A program made the position numbers and the translations under genes. 64,000 nucleotides of DNA. Origin: a virus. The notes beneath the pieces are model-generated. The model was not told where the DNA came from, searched no databases, and saw nothing but the letters and a program-made list of their open reading frames with translations. Where the stretch lies: the IMG/VR virus record IMGVR_UViG_3300021373_000005; one strand, 5' to 3'. Each line of letters starts with the position of its first letter. The stretch's first letter is position 1. Of the stretch, positions 16,470 to 26,178 are shown one piece after another.

Positions 16470-18299
16470 GTGGCAACGAACACTGAACAATTTAGAATAC
16501 TTACGGCACGACAGCATGTTCGTGAACGTATCGGTATGTACATGGGTTCAAGTTCTCAGGAAGACATCGAAAGATTTGTTCTTGGAGAATGGAAGAAAGC
16601 AAAGTATGTACCTGCACTATCAAAGATGGTTGATGAAATTCTTGATAATGCAATTGACGAAGCAATTCGTACTAATTTTAAATACGCAAATAAAATCAAT
16701 GTAAGCATTCGCGGTAATTCTATTACAGTGACAGATAACGGTCGCGGTATTCCTCAAGATAAAATATTTGACGAAACAAGTAAAGAAGAACTTTTACGAC
16801 CTGTTGCTGCTTGGACTAAAGTTAATGCAGGTACCTCATTTGATGATGAACGAGTTACGATTGGAACTAACGGTGTCGGCTCTGCTGCTACGAACTTCCT
16901 ATCGGAATCTTTCTCAGGTAAAACTTGGTCTAATAAAAAATACATACAAGTTGATTGTAAAGATGGTGCTGATACATTAAAAATTAAAACAGGTGATAGA
17001 GCAGGTCATGGTACCGAAGTAACCTTTACTCCTGACTTTAGTTTATTTGAGGTTGATAGTTTAGAAGAACTTGATACGATTACATTAATTGAAGATCGTC
17101 TTATCAGTTTACAAATGGCTTTCCCAGAAATCCAATTTAGCTTCGATAAGAAAAGAGTTAAAGTAAAAGACATTAAACAGTATGCTGCTTTATTCAGTGA
17201 TACTACAATTCTTGAGAAGACTGATAATCTGTCATACTTTATTGCACCTTCAGAGGATGGATTTAGAACGAATAGTTTTATAAATGGTGTTAACACAAGA
17301 CAAGGTGGTACTTATGTAGATGTCTTTATGAACGCCATTATAGATGAACTCGTTGTTAAAATTAAAAGACGTCATAAAGTCGAAGTATTAAAAACTACAA
17401 TTAAGAGTGGTTTAACCTTTGTGATGTTTGCTAGGAACTTTACGAATCCTAAATTTGATTCTCAAACAAAAGAAAGGTTAACGAATCCTTGGGGAGAAAT
17501 CAAATCCCACATGGAATCTTGCGGTGTTCGTGATGGTGCTTGGCTTGCTCAAAAGATTTTAAATACACCTGATATTATTGACCCAATTATTGAAGCGCAG
17601 TTAGCAAAGAAACTTGCTGCGGATAAAAGAGCTGCTACATTGGCTCAAAAGAAACTCCGTAAGGTTAAGGTTGCTAAACATATATCAGCAAATAAAGATG
17701 ATGCAACATTAAAGATTGTGGAAGGTGATTCTGCGATGGGATTCTTATTAAAGGTTCGTGACCCTGATAAGGTTGGAGCATTTCCACTCCGTGGTGTTAT
17801 TATGAATACCTGGGATATGAAACCTGCTGAGGTATTAAAGAACAAAGAACTATCTGAATTGGTTGCTGTATTAGGATTGGATATTAACGATCCTAATTCT
17901 GTTGACAATATGTCTTATCAACATATCGCAACATTAACTGATGCTGACCATGATGGTATTGGACATATCAGTCCATTGCTGATTGCGTTCTTTTACAAAT
18001 TTTGGCCTCGTCTGTTAACTGAACAGAGAGTAATGATTACAAGAACGCCTATTATGATTAGTTCAAAAGGTGATGAAGTGGAATGGTTCTATACTTATGA
18101 AGAAGCAAGTTCGTTTAAGAATAAGCAATCTACATATAAGCACAGATACATTAAGGGTCTAGGTTCATTAACTGAAGATGAGTATAGTACTATTATTAAT
18201 TGTCCGAAGTATGATGTAGTCACGGTTGATGATGCATCAGTATTTCAAATGATGTTTGGTAAGGACAGTAATTTAAGAAAGGAGTATATGTTTGGATAA
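16470..18299 (+). CDS. gp39: Type II DNA topoisomerase large subunit (gp39 and gp60 regions in one ORF)
   Basis: GHKL motifs EILDNAIDE, DNGRGIP, GTNGVG; TOPRIM VEGDSA, PLRG, TDADHDG, RYIKGLGSL; GTG start at 16470 after GGAGA. Confidence 0.95.
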   Translation: MATNTEQFRILTARQHVRERIGMYMGSSSQEDIERFVLGEWKKAKYVPALSKMVDEILDNAIDEAIRTNFKYANKINVSIRGNSITVTDNGRGIPQDKIFDETSKEELLRPVAAWTKVNAGTSFDDERVTIGTNGVGSAATNFLSESFSGKTWSNKKYIQVDCKDGADTLKIKTGDRAGHGTEVTFTPDFSLFEVDSLEELDTITLIEDRLISLQMAFPEIQFSFDKKRVKVKDIKQYAALFSDTTILEKTDNLSYFIAPSEDGFRTNSFINGVNTRQGGTYVDVFMNAIIDELVVKIKRRHKVEVLKTTIKSGLTFVMFARNFTNPKFDSQTKERLTNPWGEIKSHMESCGVRDGAWLAQKILNTPDIIDPIIEAQLAKKLAADKRAATLAQKKLRKVKVAKHISANKDDATLKIVEGDSAMGFLLKVRDPDKVGAFPLRGVIMNTWDMKPAEVLKNKELSELVAVLGLDINDPNSVDNMSYQHIATLTDADHDGIGHISPLLIAFFYKFWPRLLTEQRVMITRTPIMISSKGDEVEWFYTYEEASSFKNKQSTYKHRYIKGLGSLTEDEYSTIINCPKYDVVTVDDASVFQMMFGKDSNLRKEYMFG

Positions 18300-18600
18300 T
18301 CTTTGCTTTGATTGTGGTCTCTGTTGTAATGGTACACTATTTGATAAAGTTGACATACCAGGAGAAGATGATTTGTTATTACCTTGTGTTAACCTAACAT
18401 CAACTAACAGATGTGCAATATACGAAAACAGACCAAAGCCTTGTCAAGATTATGTATGTATAATGTTACACAACTATACAGTGGGTAAAATGACAAAGGA
18501 AAATGCGTTACGATTAATTGATGATGTAAAATCTGGAGTCGTAACAAAACAAGAATTTAAAAGAGTGGATAATAACAAGATTATAGGTAATTATTTATGA
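18292..18600 (+). CDS. YkgJ-like CxxCxxCC Zn/Fe-chelating protein
   Basis: CFDCGLCC...C..L....RCAIYENRPKPCQDYVC. Confidence 0.75.
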   Translation: MDNLCFDCGLCCNGTLFDKVDIPGEDDLLLPCVNLTSTNRCAIYENRPKPCQDYVCIMLHNYTVGKMTKENALRLIDDVKSGVVTKQEFKRVDNNKIIGNYL

Positions 18601-19946
18601 GTGATTTAACAGCTTACATTAGTGAAAACAATTTAGGAACAGAGTATCCTATTTCAAAGGTAGCAGCTAACGAATGGAAATCATTCGCAATGTATACCGT
18701 TGAATCTCGTGCTATTCCAAATATGATTGATGGACTTAAACCTGTTCAAAGGTTCTATCTCTATTCGTCAATCCTTAATAGTAAGAAAGATTTTAAAAAG
18801 GTCTCTGCTGTCTCAGGTATTATATCAGATTATGGTTATAATCATGGTGAAGCATCTGCGGCAGGCGCAGGTCAATTAATGGCAGCAACTTGGAATAATA
18901 ACATTTGCCTAATTGAAGGTCGAGGCTCATTTGGTACTCGACTTGTTCAAGAAGCAGGTGCTCCTCGTTATGTCTATTCTCGACTCTCTGACAATTTTAA
19001 CAAATATGTTAAAGATATTGATTTGAGTCCAGTGCATGAAGATCCTGAGCACGAACCACCTCAATTCTATTTACCTATCATTCCTATGGTACTTGTAAAT
19101 GGAACAAAAGGTATTGCGACAGGGTTTGCTACAAACATTCTTCCGCACGATCCTCAAGATCTTGCTAAGGCTTGTCTTCAGTATATTAATAATAATGCAA
19201 TACGAACTCCAATCCGAGTTAAGTTTCCGGATTACACAGGACAAGTTGAGCAGAGTACTGAAGATCCCACCAAGTATGTTTCGTATGGTACTTTTAAACG
19301 ACAGGGTAAAACCTTAGTCTCCATCACAGAAGTACCATACGGCTTTGACCGAGAAGGTTATGTTAAGGTACTTGATAAGTTGGAAGAAGATGGAGATATT
19401 GTATCTTACGACGATCTTTGCGATAAGAATGGATTTAGGTTTGAGGTTAAACTCAAATTGGCTTCTGCGAAATGGAATGATTCTAAGCTTATTTCTAAGT
19501 TTAAGTTATCCAAGCCATATTCGCAAAACATCACAGTCATTGATTTTGACGGCAAACTCCGAGAATATGCGGATGCAAAAACACTTCTAAAGGACTTTTG
19601 TGACTACCGCCTTGGGATACTACAGCAGAGAATTGACGCTGAAGTAGCAAAGTATACTGAAGAGGTTCGATGGCTTAAAGTTAAGATGGAGTTTATTCAA
19701 GCGTTTATTGATAGTCGTATTGTAATGAAAGACAATACAAAGGCACAGGTCGTTAAACAAATAATGCAAGAGACATCTGCACTAGGAGGTGACACAAACA
19801 GATTGCTCGCATTAAGTATCATTAACCTTACAAAAGACGAAATTGTAAAGTTAATGAAACAGATTGAAGAAACAAATAAAACTTTGAGCTTTTGGACTAA
19901 GACAACACCTACTGAACAATTTAATACAGACTTGGAGAATATATAA
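18597..19946 (+). CDS. gp52: Type II DNA topoisomerase medium subunit
   Basis: RAIPNMIDGLKPVQR, YNHGEAS, GAPRY catalytic Tyr motif, NGTKGIATGF. Confidence 0.95.
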   Translation: MSDLTAYISENNLGTEYPISKVAANEWKSFAMYTVESRAIPNMIDGLKPVQRFYLYSSILNSKKDFKKVSAVSGIISDYGYNHGEASAAGAGQLMAATWNNNICLIEGRGSFGTRLVQEAGAPRYVYSRLSDNFNKYVKDIDLSPVHEDPEHEPPQFYLPIIPMVLVNGTKGIATGFATNILPHDPQDLAKACLQYINNNAIRTPIRVKFPDYTGQVEQSTEDPTKYVSYGTFKRQGKTLVSITEVPYGFDREGYVKVLDKLEEDGDIVSYDDLCDKNGFRFEVKLKLASAKWNDSKLISKFKLSKPYSQNITVIDFDGKLREYADAKTLLKDFCDYRLGILQQRIDAEVAKYTEEVRWLKVKMEFIQAFIDSRIVMKDNTKAQVVKQIMQETSALGGDTNRLLALSIINLTKDEIVKLMKQIEETNKTLSFWTKTTPTEQFNTDLENI

Positions 19947-19947
19947 A

Positions 19948-20139
19948 ATGGTAGACGGAAAATTTACACAAATTAAAAATACGTTAGTACAGCAGTTCCC
20001 TGATGGATTTAGAATTCTTAAAGAATCAGATCCTGATGATAAGTTCTTGGTTGTTGACGAACTTGATTTGAAACCTGGGTCAACATATAGAGTAGGTCCT
20101 AATGGATTTTTTGAATATGTTGGTAATGATTACGAATGA
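19948..20139 (+). CDS. Hypothetical protein
   Basis: 63 aa ORF after gp52. Confidence 0.55.
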   Translation: MVDGKFTQIKNTLVQQFPDGFRILKESDPDDKFLVVDELDLKPGSTYRVGPNGFFEYVGNDYE

Positions 20140-20297
20140 AAAATATATGGACAATATGGAAGTATGCATTAGGAGGGTTCTCTGATGAAAAGACCGAACC
20201 CTATGATAATTATGTGGCTTTGCTTCGGACTCTTATTGTGGGGGTTAACTTTTTAACCTGCTTCTTTATTATGGCAAATGTCATACACAATTGGTAG
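20136..20297 (+). CDS. Small membrane protein (53 aa)
   Basis: Own translation MKNIWTIWKYALGGFSDEKTEPYDNYVALLRTLIVGVNFLTCFFIMANVIHNW; ATGA coupling. Confidence 0.6.
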   Translation: MKNIWTIWKYALGGFSDEKTEPYDNYVALLRTLIVGVNFLTCFFIMANVIHNW

Positions 20298-20300
20298 ATT

Positions 20301-21005
20301 ATGGAAAAGAAACATTTAAACTTAAACTTATTAACTGAGGGACTTCCGTTAACGGATGTTCAAACTTTATATCATGAATTCTTTTATAGAAAAGATTATC
20401 AATGGTGGCGTGACGTTGAGCCTGGTGATACTGTTGTCGATATTGGTGCTTGTGTTGGCTTTTTTGTATGTCACGCTTTGGATCGTGGTGCTAATCGTAT
20501 CATTGCCGTTGAGCCTTCTCGCCCTCATCTCAAAACGCTTATAAGAAACATATCGGATTATTTTATTGACCACGGAAAGGTTCCTGTCTTACCTATTGAG
20601 GCTGGGATTGGTTCAACAGCAAATCATTTTGCGAATGTCTATTCAGACCATAAAGATTATAAAAAGATGTCTTTCTTGGATCTTGTAGTTGATTACGATA
20701 TCCCAAAGATAGATTATTTAAAAATTGATTGTGAAGGTGGAGAGTATGGTATCTTTACTGAAATGAATCTTCCGTATTTGAAAAATAACGTAAAACATAT
20801 TGCTTGCGAGTTTCATTTAAACGCATACAGCGGTTGTGTTAAACAATGGCAAAAATTTCGCGATGGTCTATTGAGAGAATTTGATGTTAATCAAGTAAGG
20901 TTCCTCGAACACGAAGATAGAGAAAAAGCTTACGACGATGAGTTTTTAAATAAAGGAGACTTTAAAAAGTGGAGTTCCTTTATGTTGTTTATTACCAATT
21001 CCTAA
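20301..21005 (+). CDS. FkbM-family SAM-dependent methyltransferase
   Basis: VVDIGACVGFF, AVEP, LKIDCEGGEY. Confidence 0.85.
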   Translation: MEKKHLNLNLLTEGLPLTDVQTLYHEFFYRKDYQWWRDVEPGDTVVDIGACVGFFVCHALDRGANRIIAVEPSRPHLKTLIRNISDYFIDHGKVPVLPIEAGIGSTANHFANVYSDHKDYKKMSFLDLVVDYDIPKIDYLKIDCEGGEYGIFTEMNLPYLKNNVKHIACEFHLNAYSGCVKQWQKFRDGLLREFDVNQVRFLEHEDREKAYDDEFLNKGDFKKWSSFMLFITNS

Positions 21006-21690
21006 CGTATATCATAAAAGTATTTGGAAGGTGATCTTCCCAATCATCATACCAAATCTTTTCTCTCAAAGCTTCATCTTTAAATAGTAACCTATCCTTA
21101 AGTGGAGTTAAAATTTCTTCTCTCCATTTCTCAAAGATCTTTTTCGTATTGTATCGTTTATCCATATAACAACGAATCGCAATGAATCGTGTTCGGTCCA
21201 TACAGAAAGGTAATATATCAGGACATAAGATATTATATTCTGCTCCCCAAGCATCTATCTTTAAATAATCAATAAACTCTAAATTATTCCAATAAGTGAT
21301 TTCAGCAAGAGTCATAACTCTAGGTTCTTCGCCTTCAACCATCGTTTGTGATTTGTAAATTGTTTGTCTATCGACATCCTTTCCAATCGCAGCGTTGATT
21401 GCTTTAACTTTGACTTGCTCAGGTGGTGTATCAATTATGTGGTCAGATACATTTTTAATCGCGGCTTTAAGTAATCGTCTGTTAGGTTCAATCATTAAGA
21501 CTTTGCCTGCGCCTGCATCTAAAGCTTTCTTTGAAAACAATCCAATGTTTGCTCCAATGTCGACGACAGTACCACCTGCCTGTACTTCAGACCACCAATC
21601 GTAGTCCTTTCCAAGTATAATTTGATTATGTAATGTTGAGATTTCTTGAATAGTCAGCCCAGCTGTATCAAGGTCGTGAATGTTTTGCAT
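20992..21690 (-). CDS. FkbM-family methyltransferase paralog
   Basis: VVDIGANIGLF, MIEP, LKIDAWGAEY; shares the N-terminal pattern with 20301..21005. Confidence 0.8.
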   Translation of the reverse strand: MQNIHDLDTAGLTIQEISTLHNQIILGKDYDWWSEVQAGGTVVDIGANIGLFSKKALDAGAGKVLMIEPNRRLLKAAIKNVSDHIIDTPPEQVKVKAINAAIGKDVDRQTIYKSQTMVEGEEPRVMTLAEITYWNNLEFIDYLKIDAWGAEYNILCPDILPFCMDRTRFIAIRCYMDKRYNTKKIFEKWREEILTPLKDRLLFKDEALREKIWYDDWEDHLPNTFMIYVRNW

Positions 21691-21735
21691 GATTTAGTCC
21701 AATCTAATAAATAGTATAATAACAATTGATAAATC

Positions 21736-21743
21736 TATTTATA
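21736..21743 (-). promoter_or_regulatory. T4-type late promoter TATAAATA
   Basis: Exact match on the minus strand upstream of the second FkbM gene. Confidence 0.55.
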
Positions 21744-21754
21744 GGAATTAGTAG

Positions 21755-22246
21755 ATGACAGAAATAATTAATAATTACTTATCTCCGACAAACTTCTCTG
21801 TTAGTATTCAGAGGTTGCCTCATGTTGAGTTTTTTACGCAAAAGGCATCTGTTCCAAGTTTGTCTGCTACGGCAATAGAACTAAGTTCTCCAACGAATCC
21901 TTTTTACGAAGTGCCACAAAACATTTCATATACTGATTTGGAATTGTCGTTTATCGTTGACGAGAATATGAATAATTATAAAGAAGTGCTTAATTGGATG
22001 GAAGGTATTTCTGGACCAGAATCAACCAAACAAACAAAAAGCTTACTTGCTCAGAATGGATTTAAATCAGATATTATATTAACGATTACCAATTCTCATA
22101 AAAATCCACATGTGCAGTTTACATTTAAAGATAGTTTCCCTACATCGTTAGGAGCAATTAATCTTGACGTAAATGTTCAAGATGTTTCTTATGCAACATG
22201 TTCGGTCACAATGAGATACGATACATTTACAATGGAACAACTGTAA
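21755..22246 (+). CDS. gp3: Tail completion/sheath stabiliser protein
   Basis: NYLSPTNF...LPHVEFF.Q...P...L..SFIVDENMNNY.E..NW; gp3-uvsY-uvsW synteny. Confidence 0.75.
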   Translation: MTEIINNYLSPTNFSVSIQRLPHVEFFTQKASVPSLSATAIELSSPTNPFYEVPQNISYTDLELSFIVDENMNNYKEVLNWMEGISGPESTKQTKSLLAQNGFKSDIILTITNSHKNPHVQFTFKDSFPTSLGAINLDVNVQDVSYATCSVTMRYDTFTMEQL

Positions 22247-22253
22247 ATAACTA

Positions 22254-22282
22254 TTGACATTTATATACAAATAGTGTATAAT
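22254..22282 (+). promoter_or_regulatory. Sigma70-type early promoter for uvsY
   Basis: AACTATTGACA-17 nt-TATAAT. Confidence 0.8.
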
Positions 22283-22312
22283 GGATATGTAATTAATAGT
22301 TTGAGATAGATT

Positions 22313-22750
22313 ATGGACACAAATGATATAGCGGCCATTTGGGCGCAAGACTCACCAATCGATGAAACGAACTTGGTCGGTGAAAGTAAAAGAATTCCCC
22401 AACTTCATAGTAAGTACTATAATCTTTATTATAGAGAAGTCTTACGTGTAAAGAAACTTAAAGCCGAATATAAAGAACTTGAAATGGAGAAGCGTAATTA
22501 TTACGACGGCTCAATGGATGAGTTAACTTTAAAAGAAAAAGGTTGGAAGCCGTTTCAGTTAAAAGTATTAAGAAACGATTTAGACAAATACATTCAAGCA
22601 GATAAAGATATTATTAAGTTAAGTCTTACAATTGATTTCCATAGTGCAAATGCAAACTATCTTGAAGATATAATTAAAACAATACACAGTAGGAATTTTG
22701 TAATTAAGAATATGATTGATATTCTAAAATTCCAATCCGGAGATTATTAA
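22313..22750 (+). CDS. uvsY: Recombination mediator
   Basis: W..DSPID...L..ES.RIPQLHSKY, YIQAD, I.SRNF.IKN.ID. Confidence 0.9.
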   Translation: MDTNDIAAIWAQDSPIDETNLVGESKRIPQLHSKYYNLYYREVLRVKKLKAEYKELEMEKRNYYDGSMDELTLKEKGWKPFQLKVLRNDLDKYIQADKDIIKLSLTIDFHSANANYLEDIIKTIHSRNFVIKNMIDILKFQSGDY

Positions 22751-22971
22751 TGTGGAATAAATTTATGGAATGGGCGTGGAAGCAGGAGGAGACAAAACCT
22801 GAACCTAAAGTAATTGATATGATGGCAGATGATGTTGACCCAAACGAGGTCACTATCGAAAATGCTTATAAGACAAGATGGATTTGGTATCATACTATTT
22901 TGGCAATAGGTATCTTTTTCACCAACATATTATTAACAGCAATCCTGGTGGTCTTGGCACTTAAATTATGA
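22750..22971 (+). CDS. Small membrane protein
   Basis: C-terminal TM; coupled between uvsY and uvsW. Confidence 0.65.
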   Translation: MWNKFMEWAWKQEETKPEPKVIDMMADDVDPNEVTIENAYKTRWIWYHTILAIGIFFTNILLTAILVVLALKL

Positions 22972-24458
22972 GTGAACGAATAGAAGTAGAATATATTAAT
23001 TCGGTATATATGCGTATCAAAGCAGATGCGGGTATGAAGTCTGAATTATCTGAGTTCTTTGCTTTCAAACCTGAAGGTTATCAATTCAGTCCAAAATATA
23101 AAGCAAGAGTGTGGGATGGTACGATTCGTTTGTTTCAACCTATGCGACCTGTTCTATATGTTGGTTTATATCCTCACTTACAAAAGTTTTGCGAACAGCG
23201 CGATTATATATTAGATGCTCCATCTGAAATTGGTGAAAAGGAAATTATTGAAAAAGGTTATGTTGAAGAACTTGCGGAATCTATTAATTGTAAGTTCAAG
23301 CCTCGTGATTATCAGATAGAGTATATTGAAAATGCGTTAAAGAATCGTAGGTCTTTATCACTATCTCCGACTTCATCAGGTAAGTCGTTAATCATTTATT
23401 TAATTCAGCAGCACTATTATCAAACATTTGGTTTACGAACATTGATTATTGTTCCGACCATTTCATTAGTACATCAAATGTCAGGTGACTTTGTAGATTA
23501 TGGTTGTGAAGATGAAATATACACAATTCAAGGTGGAGTAGATAAGAACACTAAAGCTCCTATTGTTATCTCAACATGGCAATCTTTAATTAAACAACCC
23601 AAGGATTGGTTCCGTCAATTTGGTTGTGTGATGGGAGATGAAGCCCATACCTTCCAAGCAAAGTCATTAACAAAAATTATGCATAACCTTGAGGACTGTC
23701 AATTCCGTCATGGATTTACAGGTACACTCAAATCTTCAGAAAGTAAAACACATAGGTTAGTATTAGAAGGTTGCTTTGGAGAAGTTAAGAAGGTTGTATC
23801 AACAAAGAAACTTATGGACGAAGGTACTGTTGCTAACTTTGAAGTTAAAGCAATTGTATTGAATCATAGTAACGAAGCAAAGGGCAACTTTAAGAAAGCA
23901 ATGGCTTCGGTTAAAGAGTCGGTTAAAAAGTGGCCGGCTGAAAGAGAATTTATTGTTAACCATGAAAAGAGAAACAATTTTATTCGTAATCTCGTTCATT
24001 CTCTTAAAGACCAAAATAATTTGATTCTATTTGACTTGGTTGAGAAACATGGTAAGATCCTTGCTCCTTTATTAGAAAAAGAAGGACGCGAGTTACATTT
24101 TATATACGGTGCAACAAAAGGAGAAGAACGTGAAAGAATTCGACATTTGGTTGAAAATGATCCTGACAAGAAACATGATATTCTTGCCTCATACGGAGTA
24201 TTTAGTACCGGTGTTAATATACGTAGGCTCGACAATATAATCTTTGCCTCTTCGAGTAAATCGGAGATTAAAGTATTACAATCAATTGGTAGAAGCTTGC
24301 GTAAAGCGGAGGACTCGCAGAATGCGGTCCTCTATGATATCGCTGATGATTTATCGGTGGGGAGTTTTGAAAATTATACTCTCAAACATTTTAAACAGAG
24401 AATTGAAATTTACTCGACTGAGGAATTTCCATTTAAAATATTTACAATTGACATTTAA
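22968..24458 (+). CDS. uvsW: SF2 DNA/RNA helicase
   Basis: PRDYQ, SPTSSGKS, GDEAH, GFTGT, GVFSTGVNI, LQSIGRSLR. Confidence 0.95.
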   Translation: MSERIEVEYINSVYMRIKADAGMKSELSEFFAFKPEGYQFSPKYKARVWDGTIRLFQPMRPVLYVGLYPHLQKFCEQRDYILDAPSEIGEKEIIEKGYVEELAESINCKFKPRDYQIEYIENALKNRRSLSLSPTSSGKSLIIYLIQQHYYQTFGLRTLIIVPTISLVHQMSGDFVDYGCEDEIYTIQGGVDKNTKAPIVISTWQSLIKQPKDWFRQFGCVMGDEAHTFQAKSLTKIMHNLEDCQFRHGFTGTLKSSESKTHRLVLEGCFGEVKKVVSTKKLMDEGTVANFEVKAIVLNHSNEAKGNFKKAMASVKESVKKWPAEREFIVNHEKRNNFIRNLVHSLKDQNNLILFDLVEKHGKILAPLLEKEGRELHFIYGATKGEERERIRHLVENDPDKKHDILASYGVFSTGVNIRRLDNIIFASSSKSEIKVLQSIGRSLRKAEDSQNAVLYDIADDLSVGSFENYTLKHFKQRIEIYSTEEFPFKIFTIDI

Positions 24459-24487
24459 CTTAGATATACCTTAAAGCCGATAGACTT

Positions 24488-24516
24488 ATTATACAAGGAG
24501 TTCGGAGACTTGTCAA
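24488..24516 (-). promoter_or_regulatory. Consensus sigma70 promoter pointing antisense into uvsW
   Basis: TTTTTTCA...CTATTGACA-17 nt-TATAAT on the minus strand; no convincing minus-strand ORF follows. Confidence 0.6.
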
Positions 24517-24565
24517 TAGAAAAAATGAAAAAAGTTTAATTAATTTCATATTTGTACATTGTCTA

Positions 24566-24594
24566 TTGACAAAACAGCAAATATAGATTATAAT
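24566..24594 (+). promoter_or_regulatory. Sigma70-type early promoter for gp55
   Basis: CTATTGACA-17 nt-TATAAT. Confidence 0.8.
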
Positions 24595-24628
24595 AACTAC
24601 TAATTTAATACAAGGAGACTAGCTTGAA

Positions 24629-25111
24629 ATGGCTAAGAAAAGAAATTACGTAAACAACAAAGATCTCCTTGCCGCATTAATTGATTATAGAGAAAGATGC
24701 GCTGAGGCAGAAGAATGTGGAGAAACCAATCCACAAGTACCCGATTATATCGGTAAATGTATTATGATGATTGCACAAAGATTGGCAACAAGACCAAACT
24801 TCAGCGGTTATATGTATAAGGAAGAAATGATTTCGGATGGAATTGAAAACTGCCTACAATATATACATAACTTTAATCCAGAAAAATCTCAAAACCCATT
24901 TGCCTATTTTACTCAAATCATTTGGTATGCATTCCTAAGAAGGATCTCTAAAGAGAAAAAGCAAATGTATATCAAGTTCAAAGCATCTCAAAGACAAATG
25001 CATGAAAACGAAGTGTTTGATTCTATGGGACAAGAGGTAACTGGCAATCAGCTACCTGACTATATTAACGAATTCATTGATGACTTCGAAAATAAACTAA
25101 AGAAAAAATAA
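24629..25111 (+). CDS. gp55: Late-transcription sigma factor
   Basis: NYVNNKDL, YIGKCIMMIA, RPNFSGY.Y.EEMISDGIENC, NPFAYFTQI...AF.RRI.KEKKQ. Confidence 0.95.
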   Translation: MAKKRNYVNNKDLLAALIDYRERCAEAEECGETNPQVPDYIGKCIMMIAQRLATRPNFSGYMYKEEMISDGIENCLQYIHNFNPEKSQNPFAYFTQIIWYAFLRRISKEKKQMYIKFKASQRQMHENEVFDSMGQEVTGNQLPDYINEFIDDFENKLKKK

Positions 25112-25121
25112 TAAGGACGTA

Positions 25122-25553
25122 ATGAAAGTATTAGTATTTGGATTACCAGGTAGTGGTAAGAGCACGTTATCAGAACCGCTCGCAGAGCAGGTTGAAGGTG
25201 TCTGGATTAACGCAGACGCAGTAAGAGAAAAATATAATGATTGGGATTTCAGCGCTGAAGGCCGAATGAGGCAAGCAGCTCGTATGAGACATCTCGCAGA
25301 CGGAGTAAGTATGGCAGGTAAGATTGCGATTACTGATTTTGTTTGTCCTTTTCAAAAGGCAAGAGATGAGTTTGAACCTGATTATGTTATTTGGATGGAC
25401 ACCATTGAGGAAGGAAGATTTGAAGATACAAATAAAGTATTTGAGAAACCTCAACTCCTCGATGTAAACTATGTCGTAGATTCCTTTCGACATCAAGAAG
25501 AATTGAAACTTGCACCAATCTTAGAAAAGGCTTTCAGGCAATGGCAGAGTTAG
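25122..25553 (+). CDS. Adenylylsulfate (APS) kinase-like P-loop kinase
   Basis: GLPGSGKST, NAD.VR...DWDFS.EGR.RQA.R, FVCP, FEKP. Confidence 0.75.
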   Translation: MKVLVFGLPGSGKSTLSEPLAEQVEGVWINADAVREKYNDWDFSAEGRMRQAARMRHLADGVSMAGKIAITDFVCPFQKARDEFEPDYVIWMDTIEEGRFEDTNKVFEKPQLLDVNYVVDSFRHQEELKLAPILEKAFRQWQS

Positions 25554-25750
25554 AAAAGAAACGTCATTTGGCGAAAGCAGTTACTTGGAGAATCATCGCA
25601 TCGACAGTTACCGCTCTCATTGCATTATATTTTGGTTTACCTCAAAAAGCAGTAGGAGCAGTATTCTTTGCTGATTTGGTTATAAAGTTTTTCTTGTATT
25701 ACGGTCACGAAAGATTATGGTATAAGTATATAAAATATGGAGTTAAATAA
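25541..25750 (+). CDS. DUF2061-like membrane protein
   Basis: RHLAKAVTWRI...K...YY.HERLW. Confidence 0.75.
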   Translation: MAELEKKRHLAKAVTWRIIASTVTALIALYFGLPQKAVGAVFFADLVIKFFLYYGHERLWYKYIKYGVK

Positions 25751-25752
25751 AA

Positions 25753-26178
25753 ATGTTTGAAATGGAAAACGCATTCGATTTTAAGAAACCAACAGTTCAA
25801 ATGTTGGGAAGATGGCAACCCTGGCATGAAGGTCATACAAAATTATTTGAAAAGGCCTTGACATTGACGGGACAAGTTGTTATAATGGTACGTGAAGTAT
25901 ATGGATTTGAAGGTGATGCTGGTGCAGGACGCACTGTTGCTCAAACCGATAATCCTTTTGGAGAGATTGCTGTCATTGACGGTATTAAGAAAGGTCTTGG
26001 TGAAGCGGGCTATGAAGAAGGTCGCGAATATATGATTATGGCCGTTCCTAATATCGTCGACATCAGTTACGGTCGTGGAGTAGGTTATACATTTACAGAA
26101 CACGATCTTGGTGAAGATGTACATAAAATCTCTGCAACCAAAATTCGCGAACAAATGAGAGAAGAAGGTAAATTATGA
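25753..26178 (+). CDS. HIGH-family nucleotidyltransferase (cytidylyltransferase-like)
   Basis: GRWQPWHEGH, DNPF, ISATKIR. Confidence 0.75.
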   Translation: MFEMENAFDFKKPTVQMLGRWQPWHEGHTKLFEKALTLTGQVVIMVREVYGFEGDAGAGRTVAQTDNPFGEIAVIDGIKKGLGEAGYEEGREYMIMAVPNIVDISYGRGVGYTFTEHDLGEDVHKISATKIREQMREEGKL

